Assembly: GCF_024521635.1 (NCBI RefSeq)
Contig: NW_026250406.1
Coordinates: forward strand, 62,001 to 126,000
Length of the DNA stretch: 64,000 bases
Reading direction: 5' to 3'
Origin: Tricharina praecox
Taxonomy: Eukaryota
Part shown: positions 62,627 to 64,000 of the stretch, one piece after another
Layout of the letters: the number at the start of each line of letters is the position of its first letter
Position numbering within the stretch: the stretch's first letter is position 1
The notes under the pieces: generated by a model
Database searches by the model: none
Told to the model about the DNA's origin: nothing
What the model saw: the letters and a program-made list of their open reading frames with translations, nothing else
Made by a program: the position numbers and the translations under genes

Positions 62627-64000
62627 TGTGCGGGAGGAGGGGAGGTGTCGAGGGGAGTGGAGTCGAGGCGCACGGATGTTGCGGGGAGGGTGTTTCGTTT
62701 CGTTTCGTGTTTCGTGAGTGAGTGAGTGCGTTTTTTTCGTGAGACCGCGCAAAGAAGGAAGTAGGGTGAAGAACGAAAAAAACGGTCGATGTGTGTGTGT
62801 CAAGATCGCACTGGTCACTGGTGGTGGACACTGGTGGTCTGGCGGTGGTCTGGCGGTTCCGGATCTTCGCTCCCTCCCCAGCCACTCACAGGCAACACTC
62901 ACAGGCAGCACACACACTGCACACTGCACACACACACCCGCCTTCTCAATTAATTTTCCTTCCTTGCCTGGTTGGTTGCTGACTCGGGCTCGGGCTCGGT
63001 GGCGTAAAGTAAATAACGGCTGTCGCCCCTTCCACGCTCCACGCTCCACGCTCCACGCGACCGGCGAGTGGCATTTCCCAAGCGTGCAAGTGCGCAGAGC
63101 GCAGAACGGAGAGCATTGAGAATGCATGAATCTTCAGCCCTGTGCCGTGCTGTGCGCGCTCGCTATCGCGAGTGTCAACGTTAGATAGCTACGGTACTCT
63201 ATGTACGAGCGGTAGGTACTCTATCGCTCGTTACATGGAACTTGGAAGGAACGAAGCGTATGGCTCGTGCACTTTTCCGTCGCGTTGAGCCTTGAGGCTG
63301 TTTGGCGAGGCGAGGCTACATAGGCGAGACGAGACGAGACGAGGCTAGGCGAGGAGAGGCGAGGCGAGGCGGGGCGAGTGATGTCTGGCAGTACTGTTAG
63401 AGTGGAGTACTGGTAGGCTGGACGGTTAGTAAGCCGGTATGAGGCCCAGTAACTGAGCGAGTGTTTGCGAGTGTCTGGCAGTCTGCGAGTGAGTTGCTCT
63501 TGCTCTGTGCTCTGTGTTCCTCCAGGCTCCAGCTGTCCGTTTCAACATCCGAAAGTGCCGTGTTGACTCTTCGTATAGACAACCACTCTACCGTAGAGCA
63601 CCTACCAGTAGAGCACCTCGATGCGGTGGAGGTACTCTGCATACAAACGGTATCATTTGGATAGGTACGGGGTAGTTATAGGGTAGTTAATATCCTCAAC
63701 CTTCCTCATCTTTCCCCGCGTTCTCCCCGTATGTATGCACTCCCCGTATGCACTCTACTCTACTCCACTCTACTCTGTTCAATTGCCTATACGCTATTGC
63801 ATTTCCGGGAAACAATTCCTGACTTCCACTCCACAGCAATACTGGTAGAGTATCGACCGACTCCGAGTCCCCAACGACCGTCGACGATGGACCGCCAGAC
63901 CGGAAGACACCCAGTGTCTGTGATTCCTGCAGTCGGGCCGGCGACGCATGTATGTATGTAGTATGTAGGGCGGGTTGTGGGTTATGGGTAACTACATCCA

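Overview
This is eukaryotic DNA from a filamentous ascomycete (inferred from short GT..CTRAC..YAG introns and typical Pezizomycotina genes; Pezizomycetes is a guess). The ORF track splits most genes at introns, so I rebuilt the exons by hand. 1-12 kb is an accessory-looking block: a small frameshifted beta-type ORF, a DUF7514-like protein ending in an RPA32 C-terminal winged helix, a decaying NACHT (NLR-like) gene and a minimal secreted CFEM protein. 19-55 kb holds conserved genes: a Pro-rich DUF8035-like protein, an ALYREF/Yra1-like RRM protein, a BAR-SH3 protein, VMS1, SPT8, an Hrr1/ZNFX1-type helicase, CTI6 and two conserved hypothetical proteins. A small membrane protein lies near 62 kb. 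The intergenic DNA is very rich in micro- and minisatellites and in perfect short tandem duplications. The main oddities are: a 12x19-bp array that multiplies a 5' splice site in the NLR gene; a CAG|GCATGT back-to-back intron (or poison acceptor) in the ALYREF-like gene; the RPA32C fusion; and many microhomology-flanked tandem duplications. I found no CRISPR, rRNA, tRNA or intact transposon. All family names come from motif recognition by eye, not database searches.
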